Of a stretch of DNA of 64,000 nt, positions 21,283 through 31,549 are shown one piece after another; within the stretch, counting starts at the first letter, position 1; each line of letters begins with the position of its first letter. The stretch lies in IMG/VR virus record IMGVR_UViG_3300003691_000001, positions 1 to 64,000 of that record; one strand, written 5' to 3'. The position numbers were made by a program, and so were the translations under genes. This stretch comes from a virus. Taxonomy: Duplodnaviria; Heunggongvirae; Uroviricota; Caudoviricetes. The notes below the pieces were generated by a model. The model made no database searches, had not been told where the DNA came from, and saw nothing but the letters and a program-made list of their open reading frames with translations.

Positions 21283-22365
21283 ATGGATTATAGTGATTGC
21301 ACCTTAATTATAGATGCAGATACAATCGTGTTTAAAGCCGCTAAGGGATTGCAAGAAAGCTACTTAGAGGTTACACACAATGATTATCCACCTGAGAAGT
21401 GGAAACGTGAGTTTAAGAATGTAACTGCATTCTACGGCAGAAAACGATCCAGAGACGGTGGGTGGATTGCTCAAGAGAATGCAACGCGAGATGAAGATAA
21501 GCAAATCAAGTTCGAAGATTTCAAAGTGACGGAGATGGATAGGTTGGTTAACCCTGATAACTACGGCTTCTCTGATATTAAGAAGAAAATCGAATCCATT
21601 ATGACTTCAACAGGGTGCAAGGATTTCAGAGTTATCATAGGAGGTGATGAGAATTACCGCTACGAAGCTGCACATATTAAACCCTATAAAGGAGAGCGTA
21701 AGGCAAAGCCTATACGGTTCCCTGAGATGATAGAGTGGACTAATAGACACTTTGATGACAAAGTTATAGTTGCAGATGGTGAAGAGGCAGATGATGTGGT
21801 TGCACAATTTGCACACGAAGACTACCTACATCATAAGAAGACCGGTGAACACCTGTATGTGATCTCATATATTGATAAAGACATTGATATGTGTATTGCA
21901 CCTCACTGCAACTACGATAAGCTTAGCATCGGTATAAAAGAGAGAGATCCTTATGATGCTGCAAGATGCTTTTGCTCACAGATGTTAACAGGTGATAGCA
22001 CGGATAACATCCCAGGCTTACCCAACTTAACAGATGAACTACGTAAGAAATATGACTTAAAGAAGTCTAAGGGAATAGGGCCTGCAGCAGTTGAAGGGGT
22101 CTTTGCTATGGCTACAACCATTCCAAAGCTGTTTCAGAGCGTTGCACTGTGCTACAGAGAGTTCTACGGTGAAGAGGAGTTTGACTTCACATCCCATCGT
22201 GGAGTAAAGATGAAGCGTAAGTGGTATGACATGCTTGACGAGAATTGTCAACTATTGTTCATGAGGCGTGAGAAGGGTGTACCATATGATACACTTGCAG
22301 TACTTAAACGAATGGGAGTGGATATCAACCCACCTAAACCGGCTGAAGAGCCTGAAAGTGTGTGA
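21283..22365 (+). CDS. 5'-3' exonuclease / flap endonuclease (T7 gp6-like)
   Basis: N-terminal LIIDADTIVFKAA. H3TH motif GDSTDNIPGLP. Acidic metal-site clusters. Confidence 0.7.
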   Translation: MDYSDCTLIIDADTIVFKAAKGLQESYLEVTHNDYPPEKWKREFKNVTAFYGRKRSRDGGWIAQENATRDEDKQIKFEDFKVTEMDRLVNPDNYGFSDIKKKIESIMTSTGCKDFRVIIGGDENYRYEAAHIKPYKGERKAKPIRFPEMIEWTNRHFDDKVIVADGEEADDVVAQFAHEDYLHHKKTGEHLYVISYIDKDIDMCIAPHCNYDKLSIGIKERDPYDAARCFCSQMLTGDSTDNIPGLPNLTDELRKKYDLKKSKGIGPAAVEGVFAMATTIPKLFQSVALCYREFYGEEEFDFTSHRGVKMKRKWYDMLDENCQLLFMRREKGVPYDTLAVLKRMGVDINPPKPAEEPESV

Positions 22366-22378
22366 AAGAGGAGATAGC

Positions 22379-22696
22379 ATGACACCACTTGAACAGCAGT
22401 TAGATTTCATGAATGACAGTGACTTTATGGATATTGTTAGATATGTAAAGAAAAGGATTGCAAAACTCGATCCACTTGTAGGACCACCCCACCCTTTAGA
22501 TATGAATATGATCATAGGTCCAGGTCTTAAGCCATATATACCCAATCCTCTTCTATGCAATGAAGCCCTCCGAGAGGCAGATGAATTCAAGAAGATATCT
22601 CAAGCAGCATGGGATTCGTTAAGAGGAGGTGAAAATGGCAGCGAAGAAGAAAGCACCTGTAAAGAAGACTGTGAAGGCTGCGACTGTAAAGGTTAG
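22379..22696 (+). CDS. Hypothetical protein
   Basis: ATG at 22379 with RBS. Cys-rich C-terminus CKEDCEGCDCKG. Confidence 0.4.
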   Translation: MTPLEQQLDFMNDSDFMDIVRYVKKRIAKLDPLVGPPHPLDMNMIIGPGLKPYIPNPLLCNEALREADEFKKISQAAWDSLRGGENGSEEESTCKEDCEGCDCKG

Positions 22697-22856
22697 GAAG
22701 CCTACAGATGCAGCTATTGTAAGGCTTCTTAAAGCTCAGAAGCAATTCGAAGCAGTTCAGGAGAAGCACCAGGGAGTTATTAATGCATTCAAGCTTAAGT
22801 ATAATCTAAGCGATGGGTACATAAGAGGCTTACTAAAGAAACCAACTAAAGGTTAA
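22629..22856 (+). CDS. Small lysine-rich, probably DNA-binding protein
   Basis: AAKKKAPVKKTVKAATVKVRK N-terminus. Confidence 0.35.
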   Translation: MKMAAKKKAPVKKTVKAATVKVRKPTDAAIVRLLKAQKQFEAVQEKHQGVINAFKLKYNLSDGYIRGLLKKPTKG

Positions 22857-22859
22857 TAC

Positions 22860-23942
22860 ATGGCACATTCAGAAGACACCATCGCAAAGATTATACAGAT
22901 GGATAAGGAAGGGTACACGTACAGAAAGATATCGCAATCTGTACTAGGTAGAAGCTCTGCAAGTAGTTCTATTAGTGATATCCTTAAACGGGCTAAACCT
23001 CAAGATAAAACTGATAATGAGGTGTTAAACGAGGATATACAGAGATCCACATATCCAGAGGTCCCTGCACCTGTAGAGATCTCTCCGAGAGAGTTTAAGC
23101 CTAAGAATAAAGAGGGATTTAGACGGTGGCAGGAGAACACAGAGTACAAAACTGCAGCACAAAGTACTGAACCAGTGGTAAATGAGGATATCATTGTAAT
23201 AGCAGATACGCAGATTGATGAACACTCTCCAACAGATCATCTGGTTTCACTCTCTAAGTATATTTGGGATCACCAGCCAGGTCGTATAGTACACATAGGT
23301 GATCACTGGGACTTTCCAAGCCTAAGTAGTTACTCGACTGCAATGGAGAATGAAGGACGCAGGCTCTACATTGATTTAGAGTCAGGATTTAAAGCCTTTA
23401 AAATCATCATGGGGTACAGTGAATATATGAACGCTACTGCAGGGAATAAGGTATACAAGCCTAGGAAGCACTTCCTTATGGGAAACCATGAGGACCGGTT
23501 GAAGAGGTTTGTATCTGCACATCCTGTATTGGAAGGATGCTTTAATTTACCTCAGTTCATTCTTGATCAGGGTTGGACAGTAAACAATACATGCGATCCA
23601 TTGTGGATTAACGAGATCTGCTTCAACCATTACATGGAGAACCCTATGAGTGGAAGAGCTGTAGGCGGGGGTATTGAAAACAAGCTGAATAAGTTCCCTC
23701 ATAGCTTCATACATGGTCACCAACAGCAGTTCCAGTATGCGCGTAGACAGAACATGAAAGGTATCCCACACTTTGGAGCATGCGCTGGAGCCTTTTATAT
23801 GCATGATGAAAGTTACCGTGGTGCAAATAATACAGAGATACGTGGATTTCTACACCTGAAATCTTTTACAAATCGATATGGATATCTCGACTACGATGTT
23901 GAATTCATATCACTAGAACGATTACTTAGGGATTGGAAATAA
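22860..23942 (+). CDS. Metallophosphoesterase with an N-terminal HTH-like region
   Basis: HTH-like DKEGYTYRKISQSV. Phosphoesterase motifs IVHIGDHWDFP, GNHEDR, HGHQQQ. Confidence 0.6.
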   Translation: MAHSEDTIAKIIQMDKEGYTYRKISQSVLGRSSASSSISDILKRAKPQDKTDNEVLNEDIQRSTYPEVPAPVEISPREFKPKNKEGFRRWQENTEYKTAAQSTEPVVNEDIIVIADTQIDEHSPTDHLVSLSKYIWDHQPGRIVHIGDHWDFPSLSSYSTAMENEGRRLYIDLESGFKAFKIIMGYSEYMNATAGNKVYKPRKHFLMGNHEDRLKRFVSAHPVLEGCFNLPQFILDQGWTVNNTCDPLWINEICFNHYMENPMSGRAVGGGIENKLNKFPHSFIHGHQQQFQYARRQNMKGIPHFGACAGAFYMHDESYRGANNTEIRGFLHLKSFTNRYGYLDYDVEFISLERLLRDWK

Positions 23943-24278
23943 AATGACAAAAGATGATCAAGCAGAGATAGAGGCTCTTGAAGAAGAGTTCAGAGATGAT
24001 GAAGCCTCTTACGATGCAATGCAGGAACAGAACCGTACACAGGGGTTAAGTGGTGTTGTAGCCACTGCTACTGCAACTAATGAACCTGGTGCAATTGATG
24101 TAGGTACTATCGCATTGAACTACCGTGTAGATCCTCTTAAGCTTCGTACTTTAGAAGATGTGGTATACTTCATAGGTCTTGCAGGATTCCACATGAATGA
24201 TCAGGACCCTAACTACCCAGAGTGTAAGCAGTTCCTGAAGGACGAGTCAATAGAAGTAAGTGAGTACGGGGCTAAGGT

Positions 24279-24752
24279 GTGAGTAAGACTAACTTTGAAA
24301 AGGTTGTAGAGTTTCACGAGCTAGGGGGATTCACCTCCCCTGTTAAATCTATACTCCCTGATGTATCAGAGATGCGACTAGGCTTCCGACTTATCGATGA
24401 AGAGCGCGAAGAACTTGAAGAGGGGTACTTGAATGAAGACTTGGAAAACTTTGCTAAAGAACTTGCTGATCTCTTGTATGTTGTTTACCGTGTTGCCTTT
24501 AGTGCTAGTATTGATATTGATAGGGTGTTTAATGAGGTTCATAGATCGAATATGAGTAAGTTCTGTAGTAAGCAGGATGCTCTCGATACAAAAGAAGCTC
24601 ACTTAGATAAAGGTGTCCCTTGTTATATAGAAGGATTGCAGGATGGATGTTCTACAGAGATACTTCATGCGGTTAAGCGCACAGAGGATGGAAAGATCTT
24701 AAAGAACATTTACATGAGTGAGGCAGTAGTTGAACCTTTGTTAACTAAATAG
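24279..24752 (+). CDS. MazG-like nucleoside triphosphate pyrophosphohydrolase
   Basis: EFHELGG and EEREELEEG..EDLENFAKELADLLYVVYR, the EExxE/D metal-binding helix pair. GTG start. Confidence 0.6.
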   Translation: MSKTNFEKVVEFHELGGFTSPVKSILPDVSEMRLGFRLIDEEREELEEGYLNEDLENFAKELADLLYVVYRVAFSASIDIDRVFNEVHRSNMSKFCSKQDALDTKEAHLDKGVPCYIEGLQDGCSTEILHAVKRTEDGKILKNIYMSEAVVEPLLTK

Positions 24753-25247
24753 GAGAAAGAAGAATGGCAGTAATTCATCGTACACATCCGAAGCGTATGA
24801 AAGTAGGAGATAAACTCTTCACAGTGCAGGGTAAGAAATGTACAGTAGAGTTTATTGTAGAAGTAGCTGGGCAATTTGAATGGATAGTTCAACATGTGGA
24901 TGGATCTGTAGAATCTTTCTCCTATGATTCACATGATTATGGCAACGATGAAGAGCTGCCAAGACTCTTTAGACAGAATCCTGTTAAAAGGATAAGGAAG
25001 AAAAAGAAATGAAGCAAAGATGGGATACACCAGGCATCGTAGGAAACCCATGCTGTAAGATTGACCACCTTGAACTGGATGACATTAAATACGCAATCAT
25101 TACAGGCGATGGGAAGATGGCATGGTGCGTAAACAAACCTGCAACTTATAAAACTGAAAAGGGTGCAGATAACAAACTTGAACAGTTGAAGCGATATAAG
25201 CATGATGGGTACCGCAAGGTTAAAGTATATTACGAGGAGATTGAATA

Positions 25248-25475
25248 ATGCCTTTATATGGATTTCGTTGCACTTGGTGCGATCACACTGAGGATCGTAT
25301 TCGTAAGCACGATGTGAAAGAGATTGAATGTGAGATGTGCAGTGCAGTAAGTGAAAGACAGCTTAGTGCACCTGGATACATTCATGGTGGGTCTTACGAT
25401 AAGAATAGAGACCTTGCAAATCAGAATGTGGAGGCTTTTGAAAAGAAGACTGGGATGACATTAGGAGGCGCTTAG
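25248..25475 (+). CDS. Zinc-ribbon protein (FmdB-like)
   Basis: FRCTWCDH...CEMC. Confidence 0.4.
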   Translation: MPLYGFRCTWCDHTEDRIRKHDVKEIECEMCSAVSERQLSAPGYIHGGSYDKNRDLANQNVEAFEKKTGMTLGGA

Positions 25476-26506
25476 GAATGCACACGACCTTTAATAAGGA
25501 TTTAGATCTTTATGTAGTAGTGATTATTCCATACAAAGGGTACTTGATACAGGATGATGGGTACAAACTCAATTACACAATTTACAAAGGGGACTGCGCA
25601 GTGTATCAGGCGAAAAGTGTACAAGAGAGTATAAGCTATCTATCGGAGGCAATATGAGTAATATGAGGAATATATATACTACAAAGGGTATATTATTCGA
25701 GTACACGATCAGGAGGGTACAGTCTGGGAGGTAGAGATCTTGTCCAACCCCGATGAGGACTTAGTAGATGCAGGCTTTGATAATATACACCATGCGAAGA
25801 CGTATATTGATCAACTGTGGCAAGGACCTACACCCGTTTCACCATTCTTTGGAGGAGGGGCTTGGGTATGATAATACAATTAAAGGAAACTCGTGCTGAG
25901 GAGAGTGAAAGACTTTACAACTGGCATGATTGGTTTGCATGGCACCCCGTAACCATAGATGGTGGACAAATCCTCTGGTTAGAACACATACAAAGAGTTT
26001 TAATATCCGGGTATATGGATATAAGAGCTGAGTATAGGATGATTAAGACATGTTAGATAGAACTATTATGAAGAGAACCACTGATAACTGGTACCCTAAT
26101 TTTGATGGAGATGAGGTTCAAGTCTCACTTATAAAACTAGAGGGTAAACCTATTACATATAGAGTTTGTGTATGGGGAGCAGATGATTGTGGAATGGAGA
26201 AGGACTTCTTATCAAATGATCCAAGGGATGCACTCCTAACCTTTGAAGCTATTGAACGGATGGGTACAGTTACGATGGATAGGTTGAAGAACATGGGGTT
26301 TATAGGAGCGTAGTGGATGGGAAAGATGAAAGAGGTACATCAGTTAAGGCAGGTTGCAATAGAGCTTAATGAAGGCTTAAAGGCTATAGCCGGTAACGAA
26401 GTAAGGGCTACAATCTTAAACGTAGCTAGTGAAGATATATGCACTAAGTGCGGTAACGTCTATGTAACACGTTGCCATTGTCAAGAATGATCATTAGGGG
26501 TTTAGA

Positions 26507-26740
26507 ATGGAAGAAGTACTAACAGTTTACACAGGTAACGGGTGTGCAGGGTGCGTAGAGGTTAAGAGATACCTGAAGCAAGAGGGTTACAAAATCCAAG
26601 AGCGGAATGTACACACAGACCAGGATGCCATGGACTTCCTAGTTAACAGTGGTTTACGTGGTGTACCACATATCTTCAACATAGCAGGTAAGTGGGTTGG
26701 GGATGGTAACAACTATAAACATTTTGGGAATGTTTCATGA
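26507..26740 (+). CDS. nrdH: Glutaredoxin-like NrdH redoxin
   Basis: VYTGNGCAGCVEVKRYL CxxC thioredoxin fold. Lies immediately upstream of the RNR. Confidence 0.65.
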   Translation: MEEVLTVYTGNGCAGCVEVKRYLKQEGYKIQERNVHTDQDAMDFLVNSGLRGVPHIFNIAGKWVGDGNNYKHFGNVS

Positions 26741-26937
26741 TAAGGTATCTGGTGGAGCTAGAAGCCATGGACTACTACGATGGAGACGTACAGCGTTACA
26801 TCGTAACAGCTAGTAATGCTGTAGTAGCAGAAGAAAAGGCAGTAGATGCCCTTATATCCCGCACCAGTAATGGTGTGTATTATCAAGTACTAAGCTGTAC
26901 AGAAATAGACGACTAAGAATGAGGAGTTAAAGACCGT

Positions 26938-27936
26938 ATGCAAGTAAACGGTACACAAGCAGCAAGTGATATCAAGTTCTATATGGACTATAGTAAATAC
27001 GATGAAGAGCGACAGACTAAAGAGTCGTTTAAAGACAGTCTACAACGAGTGGAGGATATGCACCGTGGTAAATATGCTAAGAAAATGTCCAAAGAGCTTT
27101 CAGGATATATCGATTATGCTTTTGAGGCATATAACGATAAACTCATACTAGGGAGTCAGAGAGCCCTACAGTTCGGGGGCGATCCTATCTTACGTCACGA
27201 ATCGAGAATGTTCAACTGTTTAAGTTCTTATGCAGACCGTGAAGAAGTGTTTAGAGAATGTTTCTACCAACTCTTGTGCGGGTGCGGGGCAGGACTTAGT
27301 GTCCAAAAACAACACATCAAGAAATTACCTAGGCTATCTTGTAGGGATAAAGAAGCGAAAGTCTTTGTAATCCCTGATACTATTGAGGGGTGGTCAGACG
27401 CGCTGGGGGTACTGATATCTTCATACGTCTGCGCTGGACATGAGGCAGATTTTAAAGAGTACCAGGGGCATCATGTAGCTTTTGACTTCAGTAAGATACG
27501 CCCGAAGGGTGCATTCATCTCTGGAGGGTTCAAAGCTCCAGGTAGTGATGGACTCAGGATGTCTCTTGCAAAAATAGAAGAAATGCTAGACAGAAAGCTG
27601 AAGAGGAAGAAGAATGTTAAGTTCAACTCACTTTTAGCTTACGATATAATCTGTCATGCCTCTGATGCGGTTTTATCGGGAGGCCTTAGACGAAGTGCTT
27701 TGATTATTATGTTTAGTCAATCAGATCTGGACATGCTAGGAGCTAAAACAGGAAATTGGCATGCAGATAACCCACAAAGGGCGCGGAGTAATAACTCTGT
27801 AATGCTCCTTAGAGGAAAGGTGACAAGGGAGGAGTTCCTATTAATAATTGAATCAGTTAAACAGTCAGGAGAGCCAGGTTTTATTTGGACAGATGACCTA
27901 GAGATACTATTCAATCCGTTAAAACTAGCGGCATAA
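26938..27936 (+). CDS. nrdJ: Class II (adenosylcobalamin-dependent) ribonucleotide reductase, N-terminal part
   Basis: MFNCLSS, LLCGCGAGLSV, FSKIRPKGAFISGGFKAPGSDGLRMSL, RSNNSVML and GEPGF parallel L. leichmannii RTPR blocks. The ORF stops just after FNP. Confidence 0.75.
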   Translation: MQVNGTQAASDIKFYMDYSKYDEERQTKESFKDSLQRVEDMHRGKYAKKMSKELSGYIDYAFEAYNDKLILGSQRALQFGGDPILRHESRMFNCLSSYADREEVFRECFYQLLCGCGAGLSVQKQHIKKLPRLSCRDKEAKVFVIPDTIEGWSDALGVLISSYVCAGHEADFKEYQGHHVAFDFSKIRPKGAFISGGFKAPGSDGLRMSLAKIEEMLDRKLKRKKNVKFNSLLAYDIICHASDAVLSGGLRRSALIIMFSQSDLDMLGAKTGNWHADNPQRARSNNSVMLLRGKVTREEFLLIIESVKQSGEPGFIWTDDLEILFNPLKLAA

Positions 27937-28789
27937 GAGAGCAATCTCTTTTGAAAACTAACTTAAAAACAGGGGAAGTCCAGACCGGATAATCCTGTGC
28001 TAATCCAGTATTGGAGTGTGCAACGACTATGATTGACAAGAAAGAATTAACAAAATTATTAAGTTTTATGGCCACTTTTGATGGGGGGATTTACTACAGG
28101 AACCCCTCCGCAAAGAACCCAGCTTTTATCATGAACATGCGGGAAGAGAACCTAGATTATGTGGAATGGGTAAGAGATACCTTGCACAACATAACGGGTG
28201 CAGCGATTGCTGATAGGAAGGATTATAATACTGACGGTTATAGTAGGAAAACTCAAGTCAGGTTAGATTCTAACCAACATCCCTTTCTGAAGACATTACA
28301 TGATAGAATATACATAAACAAGCATAAAGTAATCGACCCTCATATGTTGAAACTATTAGATGCAGAAGCTCTCGCTATCATATTCATGGCAGATGGGTGT
28401 TCATCTTTAATAAAAGGGCATAAAAGCCCTAGCGCAACCATAAGGTTATTTACCTGCGGGTTTAGCTATGCAGATAATATGTCCCTAAGCAAGGCTATTT
28501 ATAATAAACTTAATATAATAACTACAGTAGGTAAGCACGGTAAGTATTGGAAACTCAATGTGAAGTCTAGTAGTATTGTAGACTTTGCAAGGATAGTGCA
28601 GCCCTATGTATGCGATTCTTTTCTTTACAAGATCGAACAGTTAGCCCCTTTCTTAGAACATAGAGAGGGTGGTGATATAGTCTGTTCTGTACGGGAACGT
28701 ATAGAGGCTGGGGGGAGACTTCCAGTCCCTGGAGAAGATTCCAGAGTAACAAGAAAGGTGTAGAAATAGGATTATGCCCTTACCTGGAG
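27937..28789 (+). mobile_element. Homing-endonuclease gene insertion (or ORF-containing intron) splitting the RNR gene
   Basis: Interrupts the RNR at the NPCGE active-site position. Contains the LAGLIDADG ORF in a third reading frame. Confidence 0.6.
28011..28763 (+). CDS. LAGLIDADG homing endonuclease (double-motif)
   Basis: LSFMATFDGG and IIFMADGCS motifs about 100 aa apart. Confidence 0.75.
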   Translation: MECATTMIDKKELTKLLSFMATFDGGIYYRNPSAKNPAFIMNMREENLDYVEWVRDTLHNITGAAIADRKDYNTDGYSRKTQVRLDSNQHPFLKTLHDRIYINKHKVIDPHMLKLLDAEALAIIFMADGCSSLIKGHKSPSATIRLFTCGFSYADNMSLSKAIYNKLNIITTVGKHGKYWKLNVKSSSIVDFARIVQPYVCDSFLYKIEQLAPFLEHREGGDIVCSVRERIEAGGRLPVPGEDSRVTRKV

Positions 28790-30004
28790 GTGGGGGAAGA
28801 ACGGATCAGTGGTTGGAGCGGTTGCAACCTTACAACAATGAATGGAGGGGCTTGTACAAATGAAGAAATATTCTTAAGAGCTTGTAAGGCTTCTGCCATA
28901 TTGGGTACACTCCAAGCAGGGTATACTAACTTCAAATATATTGGTAAACATAATAAGAAGATCTTTGACCAAGAGGCTTTACTAGGTTGCAGTATTACAG
29001 GTTGGACTAATAACCCTGAATTCCTCTTTAACCCAGAGGTACAAAGAAGAGGCGCTGAAGAAGTCCTTAAGTGGAATGCTATCGTAGCCGATTTAATAGG
29101 AATCAAGCATGCAGCACGTACTACATGTTGTAAGCCAGAAGGTAATGCTTCTGTACTATTACAGACTGCTTCAGGTATCCATGGGGAACATGCTGAACGA
29201 TATTTTAGAAGCATGCAGGTGAACAAGGAAAGTGAGATTGCTCAGGCATTCGCAGCCTTGAACCCACGTGCAACTGAAGACAGTGTATGGAGTGCAGCCG
29301 GTACAGATTATGTAGTGAGTGTACCAGTCATAGCTAAAGAGGGAAGCCTCTTTAAGAAAGACCTCTTGGGTGTTAAACAACTTGAACTGGTTAAGCTTAC
29401 ACAGAATAACTGGGTTGAGTATGGAACACGTCATGAGAACTGTGTGAACAAGAATGCACGGCATAACGTATCCAACACCATCCAGGTTGATGACTGGGAT
29501 GAAGTAGGTAATTACATCTTTGAAAACCGTGATCACTTTGCAGGCGTTAGCCTCTTAGCTGCAACGGGTGACAAAGACTATGTACAGGCCCCATTCTGTG
29601 AAGTCCTTACAGCTCAAGAGCTTCTGGATAAGTACGGAACAGCATCAATGTTTGCAGGTGGACTAGTGGTAGATGCACTCCATGCCTTTGACAACCTCTG
29701 GCAGGCCTGTGACACGTTTACAGGGGAAGGTATGTCTAGGGTTAACCTTGTTGTAGAAACCTCTGAGAACTGCTTACAGAGGGACCTGGTACGCCGTGTA
29801 CGGAAGTTCGCATCTAGGTACTGTGAAGGTGATATACTCCAAGTAACTTACATGCTTAAGGATGTGTACAACCTACACCGATGGGAAGGGATTGTACGTG
29901 AGTGGAAAGGTATTGATTGGGATACATTTGATTTCCAACCATCATATGTTGATGTGGATACTACAGGAAGTGCAGCTTGTGCTGGTGGAATGTGCGAGTA
30001 CTAA
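28790..30004 (+). CDS. nrdJ: Class II ribonucleotide reductase, C-terminal part
   Basis: GEERISGWSGCNL (RTPR GEISLANGEPCNL). LLGCSITGW. CKPEGNASVLLQTASGIHGEHAERYFRSMQV (RTPR VKPSGTVAKLAGASEGMHFHYGAYLIQRIRF). C-terminal CAGGMC redox pair. GTG start; true N-terminus uncertain. Confidence 0.75.
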   Translation: MGEERISGWSGCNLTTMNGGACTNEEIFLRACKASAILGTLQAGYTNFKYIGKHNKKIFDQEALLGCSITGWTNNPEFLFNPEVQRRGAEEVLKWNAIVADLIGIKHAARTTCCKPEGNASVLLQTASGIHGEHAERYFRSMQVNKESEIAQAFAALNPRATEDSVWSAAGTDYVVSVPVIAKEGSLFKKDLLGVKQLELVKLTQNNWVEYGTRHENCVNKNARHNVSNTIQVDDWDEVGNYIFENRDHFAGVSLLAATGDKDYVQAPFCEVLTAQELLDKYGTASMFAGGLVVDALHAFDNLWQACDTFTGEGMSRVNLVVETSENCLQRDLVRRVRKFASRYCEGDILQVTYMLKDVYNLHRWEGIVREWKGIDWDTFDFQPSYVDVDTTGSAACAGGMCEY

Positions 30005-30448
30005 TTATTATGGGTGCCATCCTGGCACCCCTTTATAGGAGAGTTACATGGGTTTACTAGACTACTTTAGAAATAAGAAGGCCACTAGAAGAGCAAAGAA
30101 GATTGCATCTAGGAGACGTACTAGTGGAGGACACAAACGGTACGTGGATGAAGGTAATCATGCTTTGAATGATCTAGTTATCGGAGATTTCCCCTTCGAA
30201 GGTGATGAGGACTTGAATACACTTTCACTACCTAAGTCACCATTGATGGAAGTGGATCACAGCATCTTGGACGTACCTACTACAACCAGTGTAGAGACTA
30301 CACCTTCATATGTACAACCCTATGTTGCACCAGCACCAGAGCCTACACCTGTTACATACAGTGACAATTCATCAAGCTCAAGATCTTCATACGGTGAAAG
30401 CTTTGGAAGTGATTATGGCAGCAGTGATTCAGGCGGGAGCTTCGATTA

Positions 30449-30967
30449 ATGTATCTTGAAATATCTGGAAGGGTCACAGGGAAGAGCACAAGGATGATTA
30501 AAGCATTCTTGCACCACCCTGCCGAAAATAAGAGGATAGTATGTTGCACTCACCGAATGGCAATGCAGGTGGCAATGGAATATGGGATTGATAACCGGTT
30601 TATTATCTGCGCTGAGCAGGTTAAGTACGGAGGATATTTAGGACAGTATATTCTTTTCTGGGATAATTTTGATTCACTGCCTACATCCTTCAACGGAGAA
30701 AGGTACATAAAGAAAGGAGACTATTATTCTACTACCCCTAGTTTCTTAAGAGGTCCTGAAGACTTCCAGAAGTGGATGAACGGGAAACCAGATATGCTTC
30801 TTACACTCATACATAAGTGCAACCACAAGTACAAGCACTTTTCATGGGGGAGTCATCCAGGCCTTGACGATGCTAAGCACTCTATGTGCAAGGGTCAACA
30901 GCTTGCACAAATAAAAGGTAAGTTTGAATGCACCTTTAAAGACTTTACAGAGGGGATGAACAAGTGA
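30449..30967 (+). CDS. Hypothetical protein with a P-loop-like GRVTGKST
   Basis: Degenerate Walker-A-like motif near the N-terminus. Confidence 0.3.
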   Translation: MYLEISGRVTGKSTRMIKAFLHHPAENKRIVCCTHRMAMQVAMEYGIDNRFIICAEQVKYGGYLGQYILFWDNFDSLPTSFNGERYIKKGDYYSTTPSFLRGPEDFQKWMNGKPDMLLTLIHKCNHKYKHFSWGSHPGLDDAKHSMCKGQQLAQIKGKFECTFKDFTEGMNK

Positions 30968-31329
30968 TAGCAGTATACGTAGCACACCCCTACACAGCTG
31001 ATAACTTGCTCCGTAAGAAGTTAAACATTGAATCAGCACGTTACCACGGTGTATTGGTTACAGAGGCAGGAGGTTTTCCTCTTATGCCTACAGTGAACAC
31101 AGCTCTATTCGATTCATATACAGATGAAGGGGATTGGGGTTATTATATAGAAGGTACCAATGACCAACTATTACGATGCGATGCTGCACTCTTCTGTGCA
31201 GGATGGCATAATAGTAAAGGCTGTGTATTAGAGATGAAGACATGTAAGGAGAGTGGAATACCATACTTCTTCGACATACAAAAACTTGAACAGTATATTA
31301 ATGATATTAAATCAGGAGAAATATTATGA
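30964..31329 (+). CDS. DUF4406 / nucleoside 2-deoxyribosyltransferase-like protein
   Basis: VYVAHPY and CDAALFCAGWHNSKGCVLEMKTCKESGIPYF match the NDT-like fold signature. Confidence 0.5.
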   Translation: MIAVYVAHPYTADNLLRKKLNIESARYHGVLVTEAGGFPLMPTVNTALFDSYTDEGDWGYYIEGTNDQLLRCDAALFCAGWHNSKGCVLEMKTCKESGIPYFFDIQKLEQYINDIKSGEIL

Positions 31330-31549
31330 TTGTTAAATTAACTTTAGAAAGTGTTACTAAAGGAATGCAGAAGCAGATTGAAAATCTAGGAAAGCTTCAA
31401 GAGCAAGATCAACTAAGGATTCAGAAGGAACAGGAGATCATTGATAAGCGTCAGGCAGAGGTGATCCGACTTACAGAATCTAATAAGATGGCTTCAATCT
31501 ATGCACACAACCTTACTAAGCTATTCACTACCAAGCTTGGAGACGATGC

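Noticed and set aside
28011-28763. The LAGLIDADG ORF inside the RNR read as an intein
   Set aside because: It lies in a different reading frame from both RNR halves and has no Hint splice blocks, unlike the true intein at 7826..8791.
27914-28795. Simple exon joins restoring NPCGE in the split RNR
   Set aside because: Joining exon 1 after T27919 to 28791, or after 27918 to 28790, gives NPLGEE or NPVGEE, not the Cys codon. The exact junction therefore stays unresolved rather than called.
30449-30967. GRVTGKST read as a Walker-A ATPase (for example a terminase small/large subunit)
   Set aside because: Spacing is GxxxGKS, one residue short of canonical GxxxxGK[ST], and the 172-aa protein has no Walker B or other ATPase motifs.
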